The notes under the pieces: model-generated
What the model was told of the DNA's origin: nothing
What the model saw: the letters and a program-made list of their open reading frames with translations, nothing else
Database searches by the model: none
Program-made: the position numbers and the translations under genes
In this document: positions 49,690 through 61,216 of the stretch, in pieces
How the letters are laid out: each line of letters begins with the position of its first letter
Numbering within the stretch: the stretch's first letter is position 1
NCBI GenBank assembly: GCA_950097015.1
Contig: CATNEN010000013.1
Coordinates: forward strand, 682,001-746,000
Length of the DNA stretch: 64,000 nucleotides
Reading direction: 5' to 3'
DNA from: Macrostomum hystrix
Taxonomy: Eukaryota; Animalia; Platyhelminthes

Positions 49690-50650
49690 ATGGGGATTGG
49701 GATCAGGATTGCATTGGGATCAGAATGAAGATTGGGATCAAACTGTAGATTGTGATCAGGATGTGGATTGGGATCAGGATGGGGATTGGATCTGACAGGG
49801 GATCAGGATCAGGATAGGGATTGGGATCAGGATGGGGATTGGGATCAGTATGGGGATCGGGATCAGGATAGGGATCGGGATCAGGATAGGGATCGGGATC
49901 AGGATAGGGATCGGGATCAGGATAGGGATCGGGATCAAGATAGGGATCGGGATCAGGATAGGGATCGGGATCAGGGGGTGGGGATCAGGGTGGGGATTGG
50001 GATCAGGGGGTATTAGGATCAGGATGGGGATTAGGATCAGTATGTAGATTGTGATCAGGCGGATCGGGATCAGGATAGGGATCGGGATCAGGATAGGGAT
50101 CGGGATCAGGATAGGGATCGGGATCAGGATAGGGATCGGGATCAGGATAGGGATCGGGATCAGGATAGGGATCGGGATCAGGATAGGGATCGGGATCAGG
50201 ATAGGGATCGGGATCAGGATAGGGATCGGGATCAGCATAGGGATCGGGATCAGGATAGGGATCGGGATCAGGATAGGGATCGGGATCAGGATAGGGATCG
50301 GGATCAGGATAGGGATCGGGATCAGGATAGGGATCGGGATCAGGATAGGGATCGGGATCAGGATAGGGATCGTGATCAGGATAGGGATCGGGATCAGGAT
50401 AGGGATCGGGATCAGGATAGGGATCGGGATCAGGATAGGGATCGTGATCAGGATAGGGATCGGGATCAGGATAGGGATCGGGATCAGCATAGGGATCGGG
50501 ATCAGGATAGGGATCGGGATCAGGATAGGGATCGGGATCAGGATAGTGATCCCTCCCAATGGGGATTAGTATCAAGGTAGGATCGGGATCAATAGTGGAT
50601 CGGGATTAGGGGGGTCGGGATCAGGATGGGGATCAGGATGGGGATTGGGA
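49690..50650. repeat. 18-bp minisatellite (gggatcaggatagggatc)n built from 6-bp ggatc-type subunits
   Basis: Seen directly. Confidence 0.95.
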
Positions 50651-51425
50651 TCAGGAGGGGGACAGAGATTATGACCGGCATAGTAATTGGGATGGGGTTA
50701 TTTTTGCATCAGGAGTTTCAGTTTTTTAATTAAAAGCTGCTTTCACTTGCTTCACTATGATCGAACCGCCTCGTCATAAAGAATGATGGAATTAGGAATG
50801 AGTGCCGGGGTTGAATCTGGCATCCCATATTTTTGACGGACTCAGTAGATTCCAGATGGCCGACTGGTAACACGTTGAGTAGCGAGTAATGGCCCCTGGA
50901 GGACCCTTTCCAGGGGGAGATCTCCACGAGCCAACTAAGTCAGTGTTCCCCTCTCAGAGCTGGCAGAATTGGGATAACGACAATTCCCAACGCGCCAACG
51001 TGACTCAACGGCCAATTATGAAAGGCGCCGCTTTTCTCCATTGCTTCGCGGCGTCAACTCAATGCCGATAATTGGACTCGGAGGCTGAAGAATTTCTAAG
51101 AAATTTCTTCCTTTTTCTTCATTAATTGAGGATAATCGCCCGGATGGCCAACAACACAGTTGAGAGCCGTCCCTGGCTAGATAACAATGTTATGCTTGAG
51201 CTAAGGAATGGCTCTTGGCAGCCTGCTGGCATCGTGTTGGTTTCCCTCACTTAGCTCTTCATCCTGACACTTCACTATTCCGCTAGCGTGGCAGCCAGTT
51301 TTCACCTCCCGCTCCTCCATCGGGCCAGCGCCCTGAGAGAGTAGAGAGAAGTCTGGCAGCGGGCGCCCTGAGCACTCGATCGTCTAATTGAATCGCATTG
51401 TGCCACGCATAGAGCCGACAGAAGG

Positions 51426-51427
<2 letters not shown>

Positions 51428-51464
<37 letters not shown>

Positions 51465-51466
51465 GC
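51428..51466. repeat. (CTG)n trinucleotide tract, intronic
   Basis: About 12 units. Other CTG/CAG tracts at ~20105, 32400, 34510 and 43670. Confidence 0.9.
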
Positions 51467-52111
51467 TGATGCGGGCGATAACCCAGAGTGAGGACAGGGG
51501 AAGATCGGATTAGGGGTGTGATGAATTTAAGGGATTTCTCCAGCCTCTTCATCTCTCACACTGACTCTCACCGCGCCTCATTCAGCAGTACTCAGTGAGC
51601 TCAAGCTGGTGGGAGCGGAGTGGCCGAACGTCGATGAGTTCAACGCTGAGGAGGGAGGCTTTAAGAATGTATAAATTTTCAATCTGCACTCAGCCAGGTA
51701 ATGCCAGGGCAGTACTATTGCGCCTGTAATGGCAATGCAATCCCAGGAGGCAATTTCTGAATCCTATCGCATACTATTTGCTTATCCGAGCAGTGCATTG
51801 GGGATATTTTTCCTGATATTTTCTTTCACCGGAATGAAATCGCGGAATTTACTAATGGCATTTGAAGACTTTCCATTTGAGCACGCTGACACCAAACCGC
51901 CCGGTTCTCAATATTTGGGCTAGAAATCTGACCCACCGTGATAGACTACGACTTTTTTGTAAATGTACTTCTCACAGAACTTGAGAGCACAGTGGAAGAT
52001 TTTAAATTGTATAAAAGTACGGGAAACCAAAGGAATTAAAAAACAATGGAATAGAAAAAACAAAACAAATGAGAAATTGAAAACGTTTTGCATTTCTCCT
52101 AAAATCAAAGA

Positions 52112-52470
52112 TGGGATCAGGATTATGATTGGGATCAGGATTATGATTGGGATCATGATTATGATTGGGATCAGGATTATGATTGAGATCAGGATTATGA
52201 TTGGGATCAGGATTATGATTGGGATCAGGATTATGATTGGGATCAGGATTTTGATTGGGTTTAGGAGTTAGGATTGAGATCAGGATTATGATTGAGATCA
52301 GGATTATGATTGGGATCAGGATTATGATTGGGATCAGGATTATGATTGAGATCAGGATTATGATTGAGATCAGGATTATGATTGAGATCAGGATTATGAT
52401 TGAGATCAGGGTTATGATTGGGATCAGGATTATGATTGGGATCAGGATTATGATTGGGATCAGGAAATCA
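52112..52470. repeat. 18-bp minisatellite (g[g/a]gatcaggattatgatt)n
   Basis: About 19 units. Confidence 0.95.
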
Positions 52471-52629
52471 TGATAGTGACTTTAGGATCAGATACTTCTA
52501 GGGTTAGGGAAGTATCTGCTGGAAGTTTGTGCTGATTTCTATTGAATAAACTTTTTTATCGCTTATTGGTAAAGTGAAAATATGATAAATAAAGAAACGC
52601 TAAATCTATCAATAAATTAGTATCCACAG

Positions 52630-52977
52630 ATCCTCATTATGCCGATCCTCAATGTTCTCCAGTGATGCCAGAGTTCGAGTCCCTGCCGCCTCGGCTGACG
52701 TACACTCGGCCCGGGGTTCCAGTCAGTCTGGCGTGCCGCGCCCCCGCCTCCGCGGTGCTGTGCGGCTCGCGGAGCGACGCAGACGATCGAAGCGGCATCC
52801 GGTTTGTTCCGGCAGACACCGACTTGATGCGCGGCGTGCGCTGCCACCGGGATGGGATCCGGGTGGAGCCGGAGGCGGCGGACAGCGCGGCCCTCAGTCG
52901 GCTGGAGTTCTTCTTCAAAGCCGTGTCGACATCGAACTTTGCGGTGATTAGCGCGCCATTTCGAGTTGAGGTGGCCG
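52630..52977 (+). CDS. CDON/BOC/Ihog-like receptor exon: divergent Ig domain 1
   Basis: Acceptor tatccacag| at 52629, donor GCCG|gtgagt at 52978, 348 nt, phase 1-1. Ends FAVISAPFRVEVA, continuing VL in the next exon, resembling the CDON Ig1/Ig2 junction (AIVSGPATVSVAVL, from memory). Confidence 0.85.
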
Positions 52978-53134
52978 GTGAGTTTTGTGACTTTTTAATG
53001 TGCAATTTATTCTACTCATAGTAGAGCAATTTGATTAATAGCTATTTTTATGGCAAGTTTCAAATGAAGAAATAGAAATAGTTTAACGCAACTATTTCAC
53101 CTTTTGGTTTGACAACTGGACTTATGTTATTATT

Positions 53135-53495
53135 AGTTTAGTAAGCCTCTGGATCTATATAGGTCAGTCACGTGACTAACTGGCCAGCCAATCAGATTGG
53201 CTAAAGGGTTGAGTAGTATATATTTTTAGAAGAATTTTTAGAAGTTGTTGGGGAATCCAGTCCTCTAATAAGAGAGAGGCTGTGAGAAATAACTAAGAAG
53301 CAAGAGATTGGGTCTCTCTCCCTCAGTTAAGAGAGGGTGTCAGAAAAAAATGTTTTTACTATTTTAGTAAGCATCTGCATGTTCAGATGTCAGTCACGTG
53401 ACTGACTGACCTCAGCCAATTGGATTGGCTAAGTAGGGTAGAGTTATTTCTTTTATTTGAAAGCCTAGTTAGGGAACCCAGTCACGTGACCCTCT
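53135..53495. promoter_or_regulatory. Duplicated ~226-bp intronic module with palindromic E-box (agtcacgtgact) and inverted CCAAT pair
   Basis: agtcacgtgact at 53166 and 53392, gtcacgtgac at 53481; agccaatcagattggct at 53186 and agccaattggattggct at 53414. Confidence 0.5.
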
Positions 53496-53515
53496 ATTTA
53501 ATGTGTTGCTCGCAG

Positions 53516-53662
53516 TTCTCGAGACGTACGCCGGGCCACGCGAGCTGGTCACCAAGCAGTGCTACAAAGGCAATAAAGTGCAAATCGAGTGCCAGCCGCC
53601 TGTTTCCACGCCGTCTGCGGAAATTGTCTTTACAGCCAATGGGGCGCCGTTGAATCCGTTGG
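53516..53662 (+). CDS. Receptor exon: Ig2 N-half (GNKVQIECQPPVSTPSAEIVF)
   Basis: Acceptor gctcgcag| at 53515, donor TTGG|gtgagt at 53663, 147 nt, phase 1-1. Not in the ORF track. Confidence 0.85.
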
Positions 53663-54239
53663 GTGAGTGTTAATAGCATTCCGTGACGCTGATTGGTAGG
53701 AGCGATCAGCCAATAAGAGAAAGGGTGATCTCTAGAAAAGTGTAAAAAAAGTACGATAAGATTCTAATAAAGTCCTAAAAAAATTGACAATATATTGTTA
53801 TAGAAACATAGAAACAAATGGTTAGCCTGCCTTTCAGAATTGAAACTGGCGATGTTCTGATCTTTGTTTTTCTGTTTTAAAAACATTTGATGCCACCTAT
53901 CTTTTAACAAAATGCAGCCTATTCCAACCACGTGGAAAGAGGTAATTGACACGAATTTCGCTAATACCTAAAAACATTAAGTATTGCTTCTGTGGAGTCT
54001 GTACTCGCCGCCACGTAATCAGTTCCATGATTATCGTGAAGCTTAACAATGCGCTGCTTGGCAATACAGCCACTGTCAATCAATCGCTGCGTGATTAAAA
54101 TGTTCGTGTCCCCGAAGCTTTCATTGTTGTTCAGCATGCTGCTGTCGAGTTCGAGAGCATTGTCAGAATCACGAGACAGGGCGTGGGAAATCTAATAAGA
54201 ACCACGATTGATAAGATAGTTTAAGAAATTAATTAAAAA

Positions 54240-55520
54240 GAGAGGGTGTGAGAACTTAAGTAAGAAGCGAGAACGATAAGAGAGAGGGTGTGAAAAGTTT
54301 ATTAAGAAGCGAGAGTGATAAGAGATAGGGTGTGAGAAATAAATTAAGAAGCGAGAGTGATAAGAGATAGGGTGTGAGAAATAAATTAAGAAGCGAGAGT
54401 GATATGAGATAGGGTGTGAGAAATAAATTAAGAAGCGAGAGTCATATGAGATAGGGTGTGAGAAATAAATTAAGAAGCGAGAGTGATATGAGATAGGGTG
54501 TGAGAAATAAATTAAGAAGCGAGAGTGATAAGAGATAGGGTGTGAGAAATAAATTAAGAAGCGAGAGTGATATGAGATAGGGTGTGAGAAATAAATTAAG
54601 AAGCGAGAGTCATATGAGATAGGGTGTGAGAAATAAATTAAGAAGCGAGAGTGATATGAGATAGGGTGTGAGAAATAAATTAAGAAGCGAGAGTGATATG
54701 AGATAGGGTGTGAGAAATAAATTAAGAAGCGAGAGTCATAAGAGATAGGGTGTGAGAAATAAATTAAGAAGCGAGAGTGATAAGAGATAGGGTGTGAGAA
54801 ATAAATTAAGAAGCGAGAGTGATATGAGATAGGGTGTGAGAAATAAATTAAGAAGCGAGAGTCATATGAGATAGGGTGTGAGAAATAAATTAAGAAGCGA
54901 GAGTGATATGAGATAGGGTGTGAGAAATAAATTAAGAAGCGAGAGTGATATGAGATAGGGTGTGAGAAATAAATTAAGAAGCGAGAGTCATATGAGATAG
55001 GGTGTGAGAAATAAATTAAGAAGCGAGAGTGATATGAGATAGGGTGTGAGAAATGAATTAAGAAACGAGAGTGATAAGAGATAGGGTGTGAGAAATGAAT
55101 TAAGAAGCGAGAGTGATATGAGATAGGGTGTGAGAAATAAATTAAGAAGCGAGAGTCATATGAGATAGGGTGTGAGAAATAAATTAAGAAGCGAGAGTGA
55201 TATGAGATAGGGTGTGAGAAATAAATTAAGAAGCGAGAGTCATATGAGATAGGGTGTGAGAAATAAATTAAGAAGCGAGAGTCATATGAGATAGGGTGTG
55301 AGAAATAAATTAAGAAGCGAGAGTGATATGAGATAGGGTGTGAGAAATAAATTAAGAAGCGAGAGTCATATGAGATAGGGTGTGAGAAATAAATTAAGAA
55401 GCGAGAGTCATATGAGATAGGGTGTGAGAAATAAATTAAGAAGCGAGAGTGATATGAGATAGGGTGTGAGAAATGAATTAAGAAACGAGAGTGATAAGAG
55501 ATAGGGTGTGAGAAATAAGT
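54240..55520. repeat. 42-bp minisatellite (gagatagggtgtgagaaataaattaagaagcgagagt[g/c]atat)n
   Basis: About 30 units; degenerate single units at ~53270-53345. Confidence 0.97.
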
Positions 55521-56310
55521 TCAAAACTAGGATAGAGATATAGTGTAAGTGAATTTTCAATTAAATATTTACTTTTTTGGTTCTTTAAAATCACAATCTG
55601 ATGTTCACAAAGACTTATTAGAAAAATTAAGGAAAACAATTGTTATTGTCAACGCGACATTTTTTGACCAATACTTCTTGAGTGTATGTACTTTCTCAAT
55701 GTTTGTGTGCTTATGTTGTTTATGTGAAGTACTATTTATCGGCCTTCTTTGAACCAATCGTCCATCTTATTAGCTTTTTTAAATTTCTTATCATTTCAAT
55801 AGATAAATGATTAAATTAGTTTGAAACAAATGTTTAATATGGAACATTGTAATGTTATTTTACACGTCGGTCATTAATTGTTAATCAAAACCTAGCAAAA
55901 TGACCATTATAGACAGTGAATGACTTAGTACTCGTAGATTAGAAAAGCTATTTATAGTAAAAATATTTACTATGCTTTATCATCTACTCGAGATGCTATG
56001 TAGTTTCAATCTGAACTGTTAATTCAAAATCTACCAACTCATTTAGCTCTTTGAATTAGCTAATTAATTGCCAAAAAATAAAGAAATTGAATATTTTGCG
56101 ACCAAATTTTAATTAGGTCGATATTATTGTACAAATAAGTGTCTCGTTTACAAAGAGAAACTGTTCTTTAGGTTGAAAACAGTATTCTTTAACAAATTAG
56201 AACATTATGAAAGTGAGATAATATGAATTTTATCATTTTTTGTATTACGTTTTTGCAAAAGGAAAACACTTTATATAGAAAATGTTAAGCTGTGTTCAAA
56301 CTGAGCTAAT

Positions 56311-56790
56311 CTCCTACAATCAACACTGCTCAGAAGACCGCCCTGTTGCTTCAACCTCTCCCACAATGAGCACTGCTCAGAAGGCCGCCCCTGATGCTTC
56401 AACCTCTCCCACAATGAGCACTGCTCAGAAGGCCGCCCCTGATGCTTCAACCTCTCCCACAATGAGCACTGCTCAGAAGGCCGCCCCTGATGCTTCAACC
56501 TCTCCCACAATGAGCACTGCTCAGAAGGCCGCCCCTGTTGCTTCAACCTCTCCCACAATGAGCACTGCTCAGAAGGCCGCCCCTGATGCTTCAACCTCTC
56601 CCACAATGAGCACTGCTCAGAAGACTGCCCTGATGCTTCAACCTCTCCCACAATGAGCACTGCTCAGAAGGCTGCCCCGTTGCTTCAACCTCTCCCACAA
56701 TGAGCACTGCTCAGAAGGCCGCCCCTGATGCTTCAACCTCTCCCACAATGAGCACTGCTCAGAAGGCCGCCCCTGATGCTTCAACCTCTC
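56311..56790. repeat. 48-bp minisatellite abutting a splice acceptor
   Basis: About 10 units of ccacaatgagcactgctcagaaggccgcccctgatgcttcaacctctc; the last unit runs into gcacag|. Confidence 0.95.
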
Positions 56791-56796
56791 GCACAG

Positions 56797-56955
56797 GTCG
56801 GTTCAGATCCGTCCAGTTGGCAGACGGCGTGTTCGCCCTGGTGATCATGAAGGTGCTGTCAGATGATGGTGACAAAGTCTACGGCTGCAATGCCACAAAT
56901 CCTATCACCAGACAGACTGTGGAATCTCCCGTGAGAACACTGCTCAAGGTGCAGC
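56797..56955 (+). CDS. Receptor exon: Ig2 C-half (VYGCNATNPITRQTVES)
   Basis: Acceptor ctctcgcacag| at 56796, donor CAGC|gtaagt at 56956, 159 nt, phase 1-1. YxCxAxNPxT motif as in CDON/BOC Ig2. Confidence 0.88.
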
Positions 56956-57994
56956 GTAAGTTAAAAGCTTTATTTTTTAAATGTTTTTTTCAGTTTAGTT
57001 TACTTTTAAAGCACTTTTCCTTTGGCTCATGGGTTGCCCGCAACACAGCTTTGAGTATCATTTTTTGCAAAAGCTTGCGAAAATTTCCATGCAAAATAGC
57101 GGGATCTAAAGAGTCCACTTGGTTTAAATTCCTTTTAATTGTCTTGCATGGTGACGCTGGCATGTAAATGTTGCGACAGGATTCAAACGTCATCGGTGAC
57201 ACTTTGACACTTTGCATGCTCGAAAGCATTTTTTGTTTATTTGATTGTTTGTTTTAACCTTTTGTCAAGCCTTGTTGGCTTTGTTTTGTAGTTAATTTCA
57301 AATCACACCGGCTAAAAGATGCACTTTTAGCCAAAGCCTTGCCCCTACATAGCCAAATATGTGCATATCCTACTTTAAGTAGTTTAAGAAATGCTATAAT
57401 AATTATTTTTCGTTTATTCTGTTAAAACACTATTATGCACACGGTTAATACACTAAGAGTTCAAGTGCTCCTCATAAGAACATGCTTAAAACCCCATTAG
57501 AATTACAAGGGCTAGTACCCTTTTGCAAATCCTGTTTGTTTGCAGCAGCATCAACAATGCCTAATCACAATGTTCTAATATATTATTTTGTTTCGTTTAA
57601 AATTCTCTCAGCTCGCTGAAATTCGCAGTAACAAGCGGACAGTTATGGCCTATGCTATTTATTTGTAGTCTAAAATTCCGTTGAGTTTAAACAATAAATA
57701 ATGCAGAACTGTTCTACCAAATGCCAAATTGACCGCCTTGAAATCCCTTCCTATTGCGCAATGCGGCGTTTGCAGAGCCATTGCTAGAACCCAACGGCGC
57801 GCCATTTCAAGGTAAAACTGAGTCTGTTATAGCGCAGCCTTTGCCTCACAATCACAAAATTCACAGATACAGCCAGCCACATACACAACTAGAATTTTGT
57901 TGCGATGCCATTTCTCTACTATATCTATATTATTTATCTTTCTACGTCATTGCATATATTCTGTCTGCCCAATATTTGTAATTTCAGCAAAAGT

Positions 57995-58550
57995 GAGGTG
58001 GTTGTGGTAGTGAGGTGGCTGCGGGTGTGAGGTGGCTGCGGGAGTGAGGTGGCTGCGGGAGTGAGGTGGCTGCGGGTGTGAGGTGGTTGTGGTAGTGAGG
58101 TGGCTGCGGGTGTGAGGTGGCTGCGGGAGTGAGGTGGCTGCGGGAGTGAGGTGGCTGCGGGAGTGAGGTGGCTGCGGGTGTGAGGTGGCTGCGGGTGTGA
58201 GGTTGCTGTGGGAGTAAGGTGGCTGTGGGTGTGAGGTGGCCGTGGGTGTGAGGTAGCTGTGGGAGTGAGGTGGTTGAGGGAGTGAGGTGGCTGTGGGTGT
58301 GATGTGGCTGTGGAAGTGAGGTGGTAGAGGGAGTGAGGTGGCTGTGGGTGTGAGGTTGCTGTGGGAGTAAGGTGGCTGTGGGTGTGAGGTGGCCGTGGGT
58401 GTGAGGTAGCTGTGGGAGTGAGGTGGTTGAGGGAGTGAGGTGGTTGAGGGAGTGAGGTGGCTGTGGGAGTAAGGTGGTTGAGGGAGTAAGGTGATTGAGG
58501 GAGTGAGGTGGTAGAGGAAGTGAGGTGGCTGTCGAAGTGAGGTGGTTTTG
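57995..58550. repeat. 17-bp G-rich minisatellite (gtgaggtggctgcggg[a/t])n; short related array at ~59000-59130
   Basis: Seen directly. Confidence 0.9.
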
Positions 58551-59430
58551 GGGAGTTGCGTGGTCCGAACATTGAGGTTGATATGGCCATTAAAATTGTT
58601 AACAAAAATTGCTAAATAAATTTATTCAGCTTCACAATGCCCGATGTTTGTAGCTCTTTTGCCACTAATGGCCTCTGTCAATGTTGTACTTTTCTATAGA
58701 GCAGTATACAACCATGCATACAACCAACTCGCTTCGCTTTTGATACTTTTGAATTTTACGATCGGATTTGTACACTACTGAATAGCGGAAGATACTGAAG
58801 TATTTTACATTTTCGTACAAAATGAACACTTTAGCACTAAACTTTCCTTATGCACACCTTTGCCTATATTTACTTTGTGCATTTGTCTATCGCAGCTATC
58901 TGTTGCTAAGATATTTCGTGAACCCTACTCAGTGGGACAGTAGTAATTTGTGATGAGATATGGTTGGCATAGAACTCGCCTTATACTCGCTTCGGCTGCG
59001 GAAGTGATGTGGCTGCGGGAGTGAGGTAGCTGCGGGAGTGAGGTGGCTTAGGGAGTGAGGTGGTTGCGGGAGAGGGGTCCCTAGAACAGCGTAGTGACTG
59101 TGGAAGTAAGTTGTCTGCGGTGTAGTGAGTGAGGTGAGAGGGCTTGGTTTTGTGTGCGCAGTGATATTATATTGCTTTACTTTTGGAGTTAGGTAAAAGT
59201 AAATCCTTGTCTACTTAATGTAACAAAACTAACTCCGAAGCCTAACTGAGTGTGAGCTATTAAAATAGCGTACCCTTGTATCCTGTGATCCTCTGATCCG
59301 CAGCAAGAATCAACCTTTCTCCTTTTTGTCATTCGAGAGTTGAGAGTCGAGTTTCTCGCCTCGCTATTGCGGCCATCGCGGCAACCAGCCAGCCTGTTGG
59401 TAGCTTTGAAACCCCCCGAATCACCCGCAG

Positions 59431-59754
59431 ATGCCGTCTCACCCTTTCCGCCGAAAGTGGTATCGCCTCCGAAACCGACGGAGCTGACGGTCACGGAGGG
59501 CGACAACGTGACTTACACGTGCATCACAGAGTCGTCACCAATTGCGGAGGTCTCCTACCTTCGCGACGAAGGGCGTCGGGCACTGCCGCCAACGGCCGCT
59601 GAGTCTCGCGACTTCGGGATACTGCAGTTCTCTGGCATCCGTCAGGAGGACCAGGGTGCCTACATGTGCCGGGTCTCCTACAGACGCGATTTAACTGCGT
59701 CCAGCCACATCCGGGACGAAAAGAAGCTGGCGAGGTTCAACATCGCGGTGACAA
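59431..59754 (+). CDS. Receptor exon: Ig3 (VTEGDNVTYTC...QEDQGAYMC)
   Basis: Acceptor cccgcag| at 59430, donor ACAA|gtgagt at 59755, 324 nt, phase 1-1. Canonical I-set Cys pair and DxGxYxC motif. Confidence 0.92.
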
Positions 59755-59829
59755 GTGAGTGCCTGACAGACACTTCCCGTGGACACAAACCATTGTATGC
59801 CTGTCCTCACGTCCAGACTGCACAACGGG

Positions 59830-60090
59830 CCTCTCGCGTCAAAGTCCCTGAAGCTCGATTTCATAGCGAGGCCACATTCATTTAGGGGGCAGCCGCGGGG
59901 AGAGGTTTTTGAGGCCAACCTCAAAGGCGCAGTGAGATCGTACACTGCCTGACGATGAGAAAGTGTGGGCAGATGTACAGACCTGTGTGAGTGTGTGCTC
60001 AGGAGTCAGCGAAATGGGCAGAATTGACTCCTCGCTGTCTGCGGTTAGGCTGTCACCAACCCAAATGATGTACCACTTCCCACAGCCATT
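59830..60090 (+). mobile_element. SINE family A copy, 5'-degenerate
   Basis: Shares gcgaggccacatt, gtacactgcctgacgatgagaaag, gtgtgctcaggagtcagcgaaatgggcag with 42618-43000. Confidence 0.8.
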
Positions 60091-60099
60091 CAGTAGGGG

Positions 60100-60380
60100 T
60101 TGTAGCCAAGTGAAGTCTGACTAGCGACTAAAAGGTCGAGGGTTCGATCCGCGACTCCAATGTGTTGTGTACTTTAGTAAGACGATTAACTCTGTATTAG
60201 TTCAGTTCACCCAGCTGTTAAATGGGTGCCAACATTAGTTGGGGTGATTGCGGGCGGGGTGTGGCTGACCTTGGGCTGAACTGCGTTACGCAGCCTTCTG
60301 CAGCGGCTGTGCTATCGGCTGCACATATGGCCCGATTTGGCCAGATTATAATAATTAATAATCATTATAATTAATCCACA
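60100..60380 (+). mobile_element. tRNA-derived CORE-like SINE (family B) with AT-rich tail
   Basis: B-box gggttcgatcc; body tgtgttgtgtactttagtaagacg...cacccagctgttaaatgggtgcc resembles CORE-type SINE domains (from memory); taa-rich tail at ~60350-60380. Confidence 0.65.
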
Positions 60381-60524
60381 GCCCTTCCTACAGATGTCAT
60401 GATTAATCTATTAACAAGGGCCAAACACTGATAACTATCTGCAGTCGCTTTGTTCTCAAGTGTGGCTTCTTTCTTTTGCCTTCCCTCGCGTAAAAATGAT
60501 GCACAATTCTACCTGCCTTCACAG

Positions 60525-60863
60525 AGCGCCTAAAAATAGCCAGCCAGCCAGAAGATGTCATCCTGGGTGAGCCAGACGCTACGGCAAGCTTCAACTGCAG
60601 CCTGGAGGGCGGCAGCACCGGAGCCGATCGAACGCCTCTCTGGTTCGTCAACGGCCGCCCGATCGACGCAAACGACCCAACAAGCGGCTTCGTCATCGAG
60701 GAGCTGGGCTCGGGAGCGTCTCGGCTCATTGTGGCGCGCTTCGATTCAAGCCAGCGCGGCGTTGTCCAGTGCGTCGCCAACGACAGGGAGCGCCGCGTCT
60801 GGGTGAGCGCACAGGCTGTGCTGCTGATGCGCGGCGAGTCCGTACAGTCGCAACCGTTGCCAG
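60525..60863 (+). CDS. Receptor exon: Ig4 (ASFNCSL..LWFVNG...RGVVQCVAN..SAQAVL)
   Basis: Acceptor ccttcacag| at 60524, donor CCAG|gtgagc at 60864, 339 nt, phase 1-1. Ig Cys/Trp/Cys pattern. This frame is not in the ORF track. Confidence 0.9.
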
Positions 60864-60916
60864 GTGAGCTCTGGGCCATTGTCATGAACGTCTTTACTAG
60901 TATGAAAGCATCACAG

Positions 60917-61160
60917 AACCGCAGCAAACGAGCAGACAACTCTTCCCATTTAGCTGACCCCTGAGCACACACGCACACAGGGGTGTACATCTGCCCTAGC
61001 TTTTTCATCGTCAGGCAGTGTACACTGTCACTGTGCCCTGGGGATTGGTTTCTCAAGGACGATCATTTCACGACATGCTCTCTAAAGCCCAATTGAATCT
61101 ATCAACAGCTGCGTCCCAAACGAATGTGTCCTCGCCGGGGATTAGAGCTCATGATATCCT
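60917..61160 (-). mobile_element. SINE family A copy, minus strand
   Basis: Reverse complement reads ggcgaggacacattcgtttgggacgcagc...gtgtacactgcctgacgatgaaaaagctagggcagatgtacac...gtgtgctcaggggtcagctaaatggg. Confidence 0.8.
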
Positions 61161-61216
61161 AGAAGTATGTTAATGGGAAACTAAGGCATCATCCGTACTT
61201 ACCTGTGCACCGGCAG

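Noticed and set aside
36284-52473. ORFs 36284..36949, 36326..37063, 38279..38710, 45128..46915, 47618..48286, 49774..50575, 51963..52473
   Set aside because: Translations of 15-, 17-, 18- and 30-bp satellites.
56282-56656. Mucin-like ORF MSTAQKAAPDASTSPT repeats as an independent exon
   Set aside because: Broken by 1-nt deletions near 56625 and 56672, and no donor; only the limited cryptic-acceptor case is kept as a finding.
2384-58550. CRISPR-like arrays
   Set aside because: All arrays are head-to-tail units without unique spacers, there are no cas genes, and the DNA is eukaryotic.
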